Shown here: in pieces, positions 13,801 through 28,046 of the stretch | Position numbering within the stretch: the stretch's first letter is position 1 | Layout: every line of letters begins with the position of its first letter | DNA from: Octopus sinensis | Taxonomy: Eukaryota | Assembly (NCBI RefSeq): GCF_006345805.1 | Contig: NC_043006.1 | Span: 3,038,001-3,102,000 of the forward strand | DNA: 64,000 bases | Reading direction: 5' to 3' | Notes under the pieces: generated by a model | The model's input: only the letters and a program-made list of their open reading frames with translations | What the model was told of the DNA's origin: nothing | Databases searched by the model: none | Made by a program: the position numbers and the translations under genes

Positions 13801-14965
13801 CATTGGTCTGACCCCTATCCTTTGACCTGTCCAGCATGGGAGCTATGCAAGCTCGGCTGGCCATTGAGACACACAAGCAGCTATACAACCACAAGAACCG
13901 GACCTTTTGTTGGTCCATCCTACATTGAATCAAACTTTGCAGATGTAACTTTATGTTAATTTTCTATATTCGCCAGAGAGATGAAAAGTGGGTTATTTTC
14001 GACGAGATTTTAGCAAAGGCTTAAGTGTAACAACATCCTTTTTGATACCAACCCGCCGAAGGTCGGCCCTGGTTTTACGATTCGCACTCAAAATAAAGCC
14101 CTCCTTATAAATTTTATATTAATTTATGATCCAAATACTAGTTTAATAATCCTTTCTACTATAGGTACAAGGCCTGAAATTTGTGGGGAGGAGGCTAGTC
14201 AATTACATCGACCCCAGTGCGTAACTGGTACTTATGTCATCGACCCCGAAAGGAAAAAAGGCAAAGTCGACCTCGGCGGAATTTGAACTCAGAGCGTAGG
14301 GGCGACGAAATACCTATTTCTTTACTACCCACAAGGGGCTGAACACAGAAGGGATAAACAAGGACAGACAAACGGATTAAGTCGATTACATCGACACCAG
14401 TGCGTAACTGGTACTTAATTTATCGACCCCGAAAGGATGAAAAGCAAAGTCGACCTCGGCGGAATTTGAACTCCGAACGTAACGGCAGACGAAATACCGC
14501 TAAGCATTCTTCCCAGCGTGCTAACGATTCTGCTAGCGAATCGTCTTATACTAGTTTAATAATGACAAAATTAATTTCGCTAAATCCTTCATTATTTCCA
14601 AAATCAATTAAAACAAATGTAATGTATTTCAATAGAAATATAGTAAAAAACAAAAGAGACGTTATACTATGAAGTATGTATCCCAATGTTTTCTCGTGCT
14701 TCAAATGGTTACTTAAACCTTAAGTATATCTCTAATTCATTTGAGAATTTTTCTAATTTTTCATAGTAGATGTCGAAAAGATTAAATTGATAAAAGAGAT
14801 ATATAAAATGTGGCTGTGTGGTAAATAGCTTACTTACCAACCACATGGTTCTGGGTTCAGTTCCACTGCGTGGCACCTTGGGCAAGTATCTTCTACTATA
14901 GCCTTGGGCCGATCAAAGCCTTGTGAGTGGATTTGGTAGATGGAAACTGAAAGAATGCCGTCGTA

Positions 14966-15418
<453 letters not shown>

Positions 15419-16471
15419 GTATGTGTATGTATATGTTTGTGTGTCTGTGTTTGTCCCCCAACATCGCTTGACAACCGATGCTGGTGTGTTTACGTCCCCG
15501 TAACTTAGCGGTTCGGCAAAAGAAACCGATAGAATAAGTACTAGGTTTACAAAGAATAAGTCCTGGGGTCGATTTGCTCGACTAAAGGCGGTGCTCCAGC
15601 ATGGCCGCATTCAAATGACTGAAACAAGTAACAGAGTTAAAAGAGAGAGTATAAGTTGCATCAACTCGCATTTAAGTGAAATATGAAAGCACAGCTACGG
15701 TGTATTTTGTGGACAAAAAACGTCAGAATTGGACTGCAATGGCTTTTGTATTCTGTGTCCAGAGATACTCAACCACTCTCAAAAATGGAGAAAGAAAATC
15801 TGAATCATTGGATTTCGTAGCCAATTAAAATCAATTAGCGCCGATTCTATACTAATGACTCTTAATTTCGCAAAATAGTGAAATTGTAATTAATTAGTAA
15901 TTAGTTAATTTCGGGTTTATCATATGTGTCAATTAAGCAGACAAGTATATTATATATATATTTATATAATGAGTTTGTGTCTGTATTTCAAAGGGCCAGT
16001 GTCATGCTGAATCTCCTTGAGAATTACGCTAAGGATATGTGTGTCTGCGGAGTACTCAGCCACTTGCACACAGAACGTAACAAGGCTGGCCCTTTGAAAT
16101 ACAGACACAAACTCATTTTTGCCAACAGAATGGACTGAAGCAATGTAAAATAAAGTGTCTTGGCCAAGGACATAATGCGCCGCCGGGAATTGAAACCACG
16201 ACCTTGCGATCGTGAGTCGAATACCTTAACCAATAAGTTCACTTGTGATCTAAACGAATATGTACGCTGAGTAAGTGCTATAGTTAGTCGTCCGTCAGGT
16301 TCCAAGCTCACAGCTGAAGCTTGATCTAGGGATCCGTATTAGGGTTCCATTATAGCAGGTCTGTATTATATTAGAGGAAAAAAACAAAACCAAGGTAGAG
16401 CGAGTATCTCGGGTCATTTAGAGTAATTTAATTAGCGAAAGGTTGTACGATGAATAAACTGTCGTCTAAAT

Positions 16472-16767
16472 CAGTGCTACTCGAAGTGGTGGTCCGCGGG
16501 CCATCAGCTGCTGGGACGCGGAGAGTTTCCACATAAGAAAGAAACGTTATAAAAGGCTTATAAAATGCTTCTGTAATATTATGATATTTGTTTACAAAAT
16601 AAATATAAGATGAAACAAAAATTGTCAACTTTTATTAGATTCATTATATTTATTGTTTCCGGTATAAATTAATATCATTATGAAATATTACCGGTCCCTA
16701 GAACATTGTGTGTGTGTGGGGTGGGGGAACTGCCGGTACGCCACATCAGATAGTTTGAGAAGCACTG
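16472..16767. mobile_element. hAT (Charlie-like) MITE
   Basis: TIRs CAGTGCTACTCGAA / TTTGAGAAGCACTG with a perfect 8-bp TSD GTCTAAAT. Confidence 0.85.
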
Positions 16768-17006
16768 GTCTAAATTATGCAAAAATCAAAATAACACTGA
16801 CATCTCATCTTAACAGACATATTTACCAAAATTACATAAAAATATCTTGAAATACTAAAGAGTAAATTTAGTCAATAAAATCGCCATTGGGCTTCAACCA
16901 CGGCCTCCAGACGACTTCGGAATCTCCTGCAACTCTTCTGGATGGTCTCCTTGTTTAAGTTGGTGAATGCTGCCATAATCTTTGCCTTCATATATATAAA
17001 TATATA

Positions 17007-17099
<93 letters not shown>

Positions 17100-17145
17100 G
17101 TATGTATGTATGTATGCATCTATGTATGTATATTTATAAGCGTGA

Positions 17146-17540
17146 GTGTGATTTGCTAATACATACCTTTGATAAGTGCCAATACACGAGACTCGGTCTT
17201 GAGTCACTTCGTAATTTCTGCCATAAAAAGACACAAATGTATATAAGTGTGTGTGTGTGTGTGTGTGCGTGTATGTGTGTGTGTATGTGTGTGTATGTGT
17301 ATGTATGTGCGTTTGTGTGTGCGCGTGTGATTGCTAATGGATACCTTTGATAAGTGCCAATGCACGAAACTCGGTCCTTGAGTCACTTTGTAAATTCTGC
17401 ATTAAAAAGTTCCCCCCCCCATATACATGCATATATATAAGTGTGTGTGTGTGTGTGTTTGTGTGATTGCTAATGGATGCATTTGATAAGTGCCAATGCA
17501 CGAAACTCGGTCCTTGAGCCACTTCGAAACTTTCGCCGCA
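17146..17540 (+). repeat. Three ~80-bp units separated by microsatellite, each with an HHR-like motif (4th copy at 23141-23215)
   Basis: GTGATTGCTAAT..TTGATAAGTGCCAATGCACGAAACTCGGTCCTTGAGTC repeated with variation at ~17146, ~17326, ~17461 and ~23141. Confidence 0.8.
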
Positions 17541-17720
17541 AAAATGACACACACACAGACACACAGACACACAGACACACACGTACGTACGTAAATACAT
17601 ATATACATGCATGCATGCATACATACATGCATATTTACACGCACACACATATAGATAGGTTGACAGAGACAGATAGGTAGATAGATAGATAGACAGAGAT
17701 AGACAGACAGACAGACAGAC

Positions 17721-17770
<50 letters not shown>

Positions 17771-17774
17771 ATAA

Positions 17775-17807
<33 letters not shown>

Positions 17808-17808
17808 G

Positions 17809-17871
<63 letters not shown>

Positions 17872-17931
17872 CAGATAGATAGATAGATAGATAGATAGAT
17901 CGATAGATAGATAGATAGATAGGTAGATAAG

Positions 17932-18014
<83 letters not shown>

Positions 18015-18525
18015 ACATATATTGTGTACGTTTCGCACAAATGCGTAATAAATTTACACATATCTACATGCATGCAATGCAATGAACCATTAATTCCTTG
18101 GTGGACTCGCGGTGGGGGGGACTACCTTGTAACTTATGGCGTGTCTTGCTCAAATTTTAGACATAGCAGTTTAGCAGTTCTTATTCTTCAGGTCTGAAAT
18201 CCCAATCGATTTCGTCGAGAAGAGAAAGAGGCAAAAAAAATAAAATAAAATAAAATAAAAAAGAAAGAAAGGAAGAAAGAAAGAAAGAAAGGACAGAAGG
18301 AAGAACATAATTCGAGAGCGAGAAAGAATCGATCCCTGTGCAGAAATAGTAATTTATTGATATCTCGAAAGGAGGAAAAGTAAGATTAACATCGGTGGGA
18401 TTTGAACTCAGAGTGCAGGAATCTGGAATTACCGAAAAGTTGTGAGGGGTGTATGAAAAGTGTTGAGCCTTCAAGGCCTTTGAGCCATGCTTTGTTTTTG
18501 TCGGCTGAAGACATTTTATACACCC

Positions 18526-18601
<76 letters not shown>

Positions 18602-18996
18602 AATACATACATACATACATACATACATATTCTTTTACACGTTTCAGTCATGCTGGAGCACCGCCGTTAGTCGAAGAAATCGACCCCAGGACTTATTCTT
18701 TGTAAAACTAGTACTTATTCTATTGGTCACTTTTGCCGAACCGCTAAGTTTCGGTGACAGAAACACACCAACATCGGTTGTCAAGCGATGGTGAGGGGAC
18801 AAACGCAGACACAAAGACACACGCACATAAATATGACGGGCTTCTTTCAGTTTCCATCTACCAAATCCACTCACAAGGCTTTGATCGGTCCGAAGCTATA
18901 GTAGAACACATTTGCCAAAGGTGCCACGCTGTGGGAGTGAACCCAGAACCATGTGGTTGGGAAGCAAGATTCTTACTTCAATGCCACGCCTGCGTC

Positions 18997-19068
<72 letters not shown>

Positions 19069-19123
19069 GAGAGAGAGAGAGAGAAAGAGAGACGCAGGTG
19101 TAGCTTTGTAGTATGTATATATA

Positions 19124-20023
19124 TATGGTGGCCCAAAAGTCATGAAGGGATTTCAATATTTAGTATCTCGTCTATTTGGTGTGAAAATTGTGATATTTTA
19201 GTAGATATGGTATAGAAAAAGGATATGAAATTTATTTCCTCTTGGTGGGAAAGATGGCATCTTCTAAATGGCGTCCATTTTCCAATTTACACAAACGTGC
19301 TTTTTTTATGGCGTTTCTATTACAGCCCTTAACGTTTGTAGCTCCAGTGATCTAATTCCTGTTCTAATGTTATTTTTGAGATCTGCAGTTGTTTGAGACT
19401 TGTTGACATAAACATTTTCCTAATGATAGCCCCATAGAAAAAAGTCTGGAGCCGTTAGATCTGAAGAACGAGATGGCCAATTTATCTCTGAAAATCGAGA
19501 AATTCATTTCTATCCAGAATTTACATGAGCATTTCCATTGTTTTGCTTGCCGTGTGAACTGTGGCTCCATCTTGCTGAAACTACATACCGGGCATATCTT
19601 GAACTGCTGGACACAAGAAATTCTGGATCATGGAGTGGTATCCGTTTCAAGTGATAATAACGGTGTCTCCATCCACATGTTCGAAGTCCTATCACTTTTT
19701 CTGAACTCATCCCGCACCTATTCTTGGCAGGTCATTTACTGATCCTTGATCTTCAAAACGACCAATTAATCACGTGACCATTGATTCATTTGGACAATTC
19801 ATTGTGCCATAATGACGACGATATATGCTCGTTGAGTCCGAATTATTGATCCATGGTGTTGGTGATGAAATTTCACAACATGCGTTCGCTGTTCCGTAGT
19901 GTACTTTTCCATACTTCAGTTTTCGAGTCTTCTTTATATAAATCTAAAATAGAACAACAATTAAATAGGTATTTAAAAAGTTATTGATTATTGAAAACGC
20001 CTCGTGACCTCTGGGCCACCCTG
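19124..20023 (-). mobile_element. Internally deleted rosa/DD41D-like transposon
   Basis: TIRs TGGTGGCCCAAAAGTCATGAAGG / CCTCGTGACCTCTGGGCCACCCTG. The minus strand encodes MEKYTTEQRTHVVKF.., FQQDGATVH and SSDLTAPDFF/LWG remnants. Confidence 0.75.
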
Positions 20024-20025
20024 TA

Positions 20026-20122
<97 letters not shown>

Positions 20123-20131
20123 TTGTGTAAG

Positions 20132-20333
20132 GGATCGTGGGTAAGGCCAGAACAATGCGAATTAAATGCAAGGCAAATCACAAGAAAACAAATATATGAA
20201 ATAATGTATTCTTACCTTGCATCATTCGCTAATTTCTTAAAAATACAAGGTAAGTCTACATTAATTCATATATCTGTTTTCTTGTGATTTGCCTTGCATT
20301 TAATTCGCATTGTTCTGGCCTTACCCACGATCC
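20132..20333. repeat. Long near-perfect palindrome (foldback/MITE)
   Basis: Arms of ~90 bp (GGATCGTGGGTAAGGCCAGAACAATGCG..CTTACCTTG and its reverse complement) around a ~25-nt spacer. Confidence 0.9.
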
Positions 20334-20379
20334 TCTATACAATATATTCTACACAACGCTTCATAGTAATTATTCCATT

Positions 20380-20424
<45 letters not shown>

Positions 20425-20891
20425 ATGTATGTATATATATATATAATATATGTATATATATACTAGCAAAGGCCTCCCCGCCCACTGCCCATTGGACGGT
20501 GTAAGTTCGTGATAAGACTGGAGTCTAGAATAGTGTAATTCCGCCTCTGTCTATGCTTAAAATTGAGGATTATTTGATGTAGTCGAGACGTTAAATAAAA
20601 AATGAGCGGGTATTCAAAAAGGAACACGTTTTGTTTGCAGATATGGGCATGAAAATCTGAAAATCTGGAAAAATTATCGTTTCGAACGCCGTTTAATTGA
20701 CTGAAGAATCGGTACAAAAAGCATGCACAATATTTCTATGGACATGAAGGCAATCTGTAAGAAAGGTGTTTAATGGCAATATGAAATTACCTGAGGCATC
20801 TGGGATGCTGTGCATAAAAATGAAAAATGCTTGACTTTAACAATGGGCATTTGTGTGTATGTTTGTTTGTTTGTATGTGTACCCATATGAA

Positions 20892-21220
20892 GGCACATGG
20901 CTTAGTGGTTAGGGGTATTCGGCTCACGACCGTGAGTTCGATTCCCGCTGAGTTCGATTCCCGCTGAGTTCGATTCCTTGAGCAAGACACTTTATTTCGC
21001 CTAGCTCCAGTCCACTCAGCTGGCAGAAAATGAGTTGTATCTGTAATTAAAACAGGGCCAGCCTTATCACATTCTGTGTGACGCTGAAAGTCCCTGAAAA
21101 CCGCGTTACGGATGCACGTGTCTGCGGAGTGCTCAGCCACTTGCACTTAAATTTCACGAGCAGGCTGTTCCGTTGATCGGATCAACGGGGATCATCGTCG
21201 ACGCAACCGATGGACTGCCA
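20892..21220 (+). mobile_element. tRNA-derived SINE family C; representative copy
   Basis: TGGCTTAGTGG A box, GAGTTCGATTCC B box (locally triplicated), CCTTGAGCAAGACACTT. Relatives at 16010-16230(-) and 42931-43278(+). Confidence 0.8.
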
Positions 21221-21329
21221 GTTGTGTACATATAGACACACACAGACATAATAGTCACTGCTTAGTAGGTTCAAGCGAAGTGCACAGTTCAACAATTCGG
21301 CTCCTACTGATGTTTTATAGGCCTCACAA

Positions 21330-21900
21330 AAGTTTATATTAAGCACTATTAACATAGAGACCCTTGGGAGCATCCTCTTGAAGTTGGGTTGATCTGGAAA
21401 GATAGTAAACCTCATTCGATTATATTCTTTAAAGGAAACCGTTAAGGCCAGCTTTTGTCTTAAATGGAGAAAGCAAGTTGACTTCCATGCTCCCACTTAT
21501 TTTGCCATATTTGCTGATGTGTTAAAGAAAGAATTTACTGATAATAAAACACTGACACTTCTATGAAATACGGCACGACACGAGACTGCATAACATCCCT
21601 TGATTTCTGTGATCTTCAAAGAATTTCGTCTATCTATGCTGCTGACAAGTGATCTAGTTTCTCACTTTGAGTTTGACTTGCAGATATTGATTGACTACTT
21701 CTCGGTAATATGTGAGATGTTTGGATTAACAATTAATGTCAAAAACAGGGTCCTTATGTAGCAACCAGTGCCTACAAGAGCACACCATCTTCTTACCATC
21801 TTTGTTAAAGAGAATGCAGTTTGCATACACAGTAGTACAATTTCTCGATTCAATATTCTGGATGAAAAACAATCAGCCGCAGGGTCTGAAAAGTCGCTGA
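21330..21900 (+). mobile_element. RTE-clade LINE RT fragment
   Basis: APTYFAIF and LVSHFEFDLQILIDYFSVICEMFGLTINVK..VLM*QP resemble RTE RT motifs. Confidence 0.6.
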
Positions 21901-22637
21901 TCGAAAAGAGACCCAGAACAGTCATATACCAAAGCCAGTTAAAAGGGGGAAAAAAAGGATACGTGTCAGGAACATGTGCTTAGAGTACTGCTGGGAAACA
22001 CGAATAATATATAGCAAACAACTTCAACATCTAGAACACAACATAACCACCGACGGTGTTTCCATTAATAGTGATTGTGTAGTATTATGAGAATCTCTTG
22101 AAAATCCTTTGTGCGGGATTCAAACTTGCTTCAGCAAGTTTATTTAACAAGTATAGAGACCATCATAATGAAACAGAGGTAGAATGGTGTTCTTTGAGGG
22201 ACGGTCAGTTACCCGGACGGATAATGGATAGGAAGCCGAATGAGGGAAAGCGTTCGTAATGTAAGCCAAGGAAAAGGCGTGCCTGGATGCATTCTAGAAT
22301 GCAATTACATATGTTCTTTCATGAAATTGCTTAAAAGGCTTTAATGTAATTAATGATCTGATGCTGATTGGACGAATATAGCGGCTGTTCGTACGTGATT
22401 TGCGGAATGATAGCCAATAAGCGCCATTGAAATCGGATTTTCCATCAAGACCTTGATTAAAAAAGGCGAAATCTCACTTTGAAACCAACGATTATGTTAT
22501 GAAATTTAACTGATGCACTCACTGGGACACCCTTTACCTATGTGCAAAACTTTAGCACGATCGGCTGAAAGATACGGCCGTTATCATCTTTTACACACAC
22601 CCACACACAGATAGAACGGTGTTATATATATATAATA

Positions 22638-22682
<45 letters not shown>

Positions 22683-23019
22683 TATATATATATAAGGAGA
22701 GAAAAATAAGTTCAAAAAGAATAATTCAAACTTTTTGAGAGATCCAAAAAGGGAGAAAAAAGTAATGATTTCTATTAAAGATTCATCAGATAAAAAATGA
22801 CATCCAGAGCAAGTAATAAGAATATGAAAATAATAGTTGAAAAATATCGTTAAAGGTGTAAATATACCATGAACAGGTATTAAAAAATGGAGGAGAAAGA
22901 GATGTTGAATCAAAATTAGATTTAATACAAAATTGGATTCAATACATACGCACGTTTCAAAAGACCCAGAACCATGTGGTTGGTAAGCAAGCTATAACAT
23001 ATATGTATATATATTTGTA

Positions 23020-23081
<62 letters not shown>

Positions 23082-24142
23082 CACATATATATACATATAT
23101 GTTATGTATGTGTGTATGTGTGTGCGTGTAGGTTGGTTGGGTGATTGCTAATACATACATTTGATAAGTGCCAATGCACAAAGTTCGGTCCTTGCGCCAC
23201 TTTGTAACTATTGTCGCAGGTGAAGTCTGAAATGCGAATTTCAGAGTCTACATCGCCATCGTCCGTTCTAATATCAGCGGCGTAGGTTGTCCTCTCACCC
23301 CCAACGACTTTGGAACACGGTTTGATTTCACTTTCATCGTGTCACCAGAACTAAAGGAGCCGCTTGCAACGAGAATACAGAGCTACATCATCCCTGCATC
23401 CATTTCTATTATAGATCCTATGAACATGTACTATGAAATATAAATGTGTAAAATTCGTTTTGACGTATCACTTACAGAACATATTAGAAGAGTGAACGCA
23501 AAAATCAGTAATGGATGCATGTCAGTTCTATTATGAATGTGAATAGAAATGGGTTGAAAGGCCATATTATGTTCATGCACCACGGCTTACAATGAGTAAA
23601 AGTATTGCCTTGGTTTACATAACATTAGCATTTCATTCGATACACAGCCAAGACTCTTTACAATGCAATTCATTTCATTACGGTTTCCATAGAACAGGAT
23701 GTTACATACATACACACATATATATGTATGTATGTATATATGTATATATGTATGTATATATGTATATATTTATGTATAAATGTATATGTATATATATGCA
23801 CATATATATATATATGCATATATATATATGTGTGTGCGCGTATGTATGTATGTATGAGTATATATATTAATATATACATATATATATATACATGTACACA
23901 CATATACATATGCACATAATATACATGCTCACGAACAGATTTGGATGCACAAATGGGAGAAAAAGTATTCAATACTCAATACTCGTGTATGTCGTAGTTT
24001 GTTCGTGTGTGTGTGTGTGGGGGGGGGGGTGTTATGTATATGTACAAAACAATGTTACAAGCATACATAGATAAACAGATACGTACACACCAGCAAACGC
24101 TCACTTACGTATGCTGGCACATTCATTCTTACACACATCTCA

Positions 24143-24220
<78 letters not shown>

Positions 24221-24323
24221 CATACATACATACATACATACATACATGGTAGAAATCAACTCTTGCCTGTGTACAAAATTTTCCTACACTGCGACTCCAC
24301 TTCATTAATATACGCTCTCTTTA

Positions 24324-24540
24324 AGGCGGCGAGCTGGCAGAAACGTTAGCACGCCGGGCGAAATGCTTTGCGGTATTTCGTCTGCCGTTACGTTCTGATT
24401 TCAAATTCCGCCGAGGTCGACTTTGCCTTTCATCCTTTCGGGGTCGATTAAATAAGTACCAGTTGCGTACTGGAATCGATCTAGTGGACTGGTCCCTTCC
24501 CACCAAAATTTCAGGCCTTGTGCCTAAAGTTGAAAAGAAT
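24324..24540 (+). mobile_element. tRNA-derived SINE family B (Meta-domain-like); representative copy
   Basis: GGCGGCGAGCTGGCAGAA..TTCAAATTCC head and GCCTTTCATCCTTTCGGGGTCGAT..AAGTACCAG domain. Other copies: 14150-14545(-), 29315-29546(+), 38153-38353(-), 47700-47900(-), 54038-54700(-), 54925-55135(+), 55162-55360(+), 55700-55868(+), 56600-56818(-). Confidence 0.9.
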
Positions 24541-24682
24541 ATATGTTCTCTCTTCGCAAATAAGTTGCGAGATGATACGTCAGTCTATCCAGGGATTTGA
24601 AACCAGTTCACCTTGTCGGTAGGAATTCGTACATTTTCGTGGAATGCTTTAAAAATGGTCTTTTAACCCACGTTTTCTTGTA

Positions 24683-25578
24683 TTGGGTCATCCCATAAAT
24701 AATGCAATTTTTTTTATACTTCTTTTATTTTTCGAAATTAAGATAAACAAAGTTCTTTTTTAATCTAAAATATACTTTTCTTCATTTTCTACAATGCTTT
24801 TCCATCTCTCTGGTAGACTTGCAAAGCCCCTCTTCCAAAATTCACCTGTCCGTGGCGAAAAATATTCCTCCAATAATTTTCTGACCTCGTCTACAGAGTT
24901 CATATTTTTTTCATCCAAATGATTTTGAAGACTGCAGAATAAATTGATAATTAGATGGGGCATTGTCCAGCGATTATGATGGGTGGGGCATCGTTTTACA
25001 TTCAAACTGCTCCAGCCTTTGGAAAGTCATCCTCGCTGTATGTAACCGAGCATTATCCTGATAGAAAAATGGTCGTTTTACTTCTAGCGCTGGTGTCGAT
25101 GAATGGTTGAATGATCAAATCGAAGCTTCTTTGCTCAACAGTTACGATGGGATTTTGTTCCACCAGGTTTTGCAGGACGTCCTCGTTGAGCTCTACAGAT
25201 CTTCCATGACGAAGCTCGTCTTCTAGGCTGTAGTTTCCGGCTCCGAATTTCTGGAACTACTGTTGTCACTGGCTTACGCTTATTGACTGATCCCCATATA
25301 CTGTATTAATATTCCTCGCACTTTCCATTGCATTGTTGCCTTTATTGAACTCATAAAGCAAAATGTGCCGAATAGGCTCCTTTGTCACCTCTATGACAGC
25401 TTTGGAAAAATAGCTGTTAAAATCGAACTTCACTCTTCAAAACTTGCACTAAGAATAAGTACGAGGTAAAATTACTACCTGCTTTTATAACAAGTTGATG
25501 CAGGTAATTTATCCAGTCCTCGCTCCCACTTTTAGCTTATGCAATTGTAAAAACCGCTTTATTTATGGGACGACCCAA
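24683..25578 (-). mobile_element. Internally deleted mariner element
   Basis: TIRs TTGGGTCATCCCATAAATAA / TTATTTATGGGACGACCCAA with TA TSDs. Minus-strand remnants include IRHILLYEFNKG, QDNARLH and LPERWKSIVENEEKY. Confidence 0.85.
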
Positions 25579-25999
25579 TACATACATAGATACATACATA
25601 TATACACACATACATACATACATACATACATACATACATACATGCATACATACATACATACATACATACCTACATACATAAACAACATGGACATACACAA
25701 CACATAGATGCTGTATATATACGTGCACGCATGCACGCATGCATACAGACATACATGCATGTATACATCCATCCACCTATCCATATATACATATACCCGA
25801 ACCTTTGTTTGCATGCTAAGTTATTGAGTCATTTGTTTAGATCACATTTTTCTTGTTTGTAACATGTTAGCAGCTTATTGAAACAGGTTAAACGGCTTCA
25901 TAACTATAGGAATATGGGACAGTTTCCGTGAGAATTGTTCATTCCATGACATGTATATATATATATATATATGTTTATATACACGCATATATTACACGC

Positions 26000-27020
26000 C
26001 AGTGGACACTGAGGTAGAACACGAGAAATCCTATGGTACCTTTTCTGTAAAGGTTAAACCTTTGCCTAAATTATTTTTTAAAATTCTGAAATCAAACTTT
26101 TCGCAGCATCATAGATACCACTGTATCTTTAACAAATCGTTAGTCAAATTATCTTACTCCACCACACCAAATTTAGGAAATATTATAGCCTCTATTAATA
26201 TATATAAAATTCAGTTTCGGACCCCATATTAGTCCAAAAATAGCACAAGTAATATAAATGGTGGAGCAATAAAGAAAACCTGTAATTGTCATATAGCTAT
26301 TTCATGCCCGCTTGGAGGCTTCTGTCTGCGTAAAAATGTAGTTTATAAATGTCTTGTAGAAATACTAAGTAAACACTAAGCACCATAGATTTTAAACGGC
26401 GATGTAGGGCTCACTTAAATTCTTTCAATATGATAAAATACAAATTTTCGACATCATTAGCCACACACATACAGGATCTTAAATCATAAAACATACAATA
26501 TACACTGGCTTGGTCCATTATAAAAGAAGCTCCTCCTTATAATAGAAAGATAGGCAAAAGCAAGCTATGCTTAAAAGTGTCATTTATTATTCTCCGTCTA
26601 CACAACTCGTCGATATTAAATAAATTTTCTGATACTATCTACTCTTGCAAACACGTTTTATTCAACATTTATGCATTATGATTGAGGATAGAGGTGAGAA
26701 CCAGCCTCCACACCAATTGAAACTTTTTCTGTAAAATAATACAACACTCCCCATCCCTACCATTAGAGCCACATGTAGCCTTATTATGTCATGCATTGTA
26801 TTTCCTCCTCCAACCACTCAAAAACACTTCCACTCCTTGGTCTTCTGCATATAGCTCTAAAAAATACTCAGTAGGTAATTCCCATTAAAACATGAGCAGT
26901 ACACGTGAGCCTTTTTTAGAGACTTATTTTTTCAGATGAAGGAGGAGATGTCGTATAACGGATGTAAATATTTTTTATATGACAGGACAACTGAACCACC
27001 AGAAACGGCCGTAGGTTTAT
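26000..27020 (+). mobile_element. Penelope-like element 3' remnant (GIY-YIG region and pLTR)
   Basis: IFNKSLVKLSYSTTPNLGNIIAS, TCNCHIAISCPLGGFCLRKNVVYKC, FKRR..H..SF and WSIIKEAPPYN..KLCL are typical of the PLE linker/endonuclease. A degenerate HHR-like motif follows at 26933-27013. Confidence 0.75.
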
Positions 27021-27568
27021 TAACCGGATTAGTAATACCCAAACATTTTTATAGTCTTAAATGTTTTTATGATTTCATTTTATAATCTGTGAGTCGACCT
27101 ACATATGTATTTATTTTTTTCAATATATTTTTAATGTATACATCTATATATTCATATATTTTTATAGGTGCAGGTGGTTGTGTGGTAAGTAGCTTGCTTA
27201 CCAACCACATGGTTCCGGGTTCAGACCCACTGCGTGGCACTTTGGGCAAGTGTCTTCTATTACAGCCTCGGGCCGACCAAAGCCTTGTGAGTGGATTTGG
27301 TATATAGGCCAAAGAAAAAAATACGTTATAAAACCACCTTTAGCTCCTGTAAAAATACGGGTTGTCGATGAGCAAAGGAAAAATACAAATAAAACTCCAC
27401 AGTCAATTGTGTATTGGTCGAATTTCGAGATTAAAGCAGTAAAATGGCTTATTTCTCATCCCCAACACAATATTCAAAGAAATATAGTCACGAATATTTA
27501 TACAGATTCGTCCAATCATATGCCAGTATCCGAGCTTATCACTCTCACTCTCTCTCTCTCTCTCTTTC

Positions 27569-27621
<53 letters not shown>

Positions 27622-27652
27622 ACATATATATGCACATACATACATATATACA

Positions 27653-27723
<71 letters not shown>

Positions 27724-27826
27724 ACACTCATATATATATAATATATATCTATATTATCTATCCATATATATATATAAATGTACAGGTATCTACTTGAATT
27801 TCATTTTATTATTTACGTAAATTTAA

Positions 27827-28046
27827 CCCTTTAGCATCTAGATTACTCTGTCATATTTAATAGTTATTAATTTGCATTGTTTTGAATTAAGCATGCATTA
27901 TCGTGTAGCTTCAAGATTTGCATGGCGTAATTATGTATTTTTAGAATGACATTGCAGGGTAGTTATGAAAGGCTGGAACTAGCCAGTTTGAACATAAAAC
28001 AGGTAGAATATCTGAGCCGGATTTGGCCAGTTTGAATGCCAAATGG
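27827..28046. mobile_element. piggyBac-type MITE
   Basis: TTAA|CCCTTTAGCAT ... ATGCCAAATGG|TTAA: TTAA TSD with imperfect TIRs. Confidence 0.6.

Noticed and set aside
20892-20980. tRNA gene
   Set aside because: The A/B boxes belong to a SINE head; no complete cloverleaf, and it continues into a SINE body.
22770-22810. Minus-strand CTGATGA..GAAA in a TA-embedded element
   Set aside because: Stems I and II do not pair; at most a decayed pLTR remnant.
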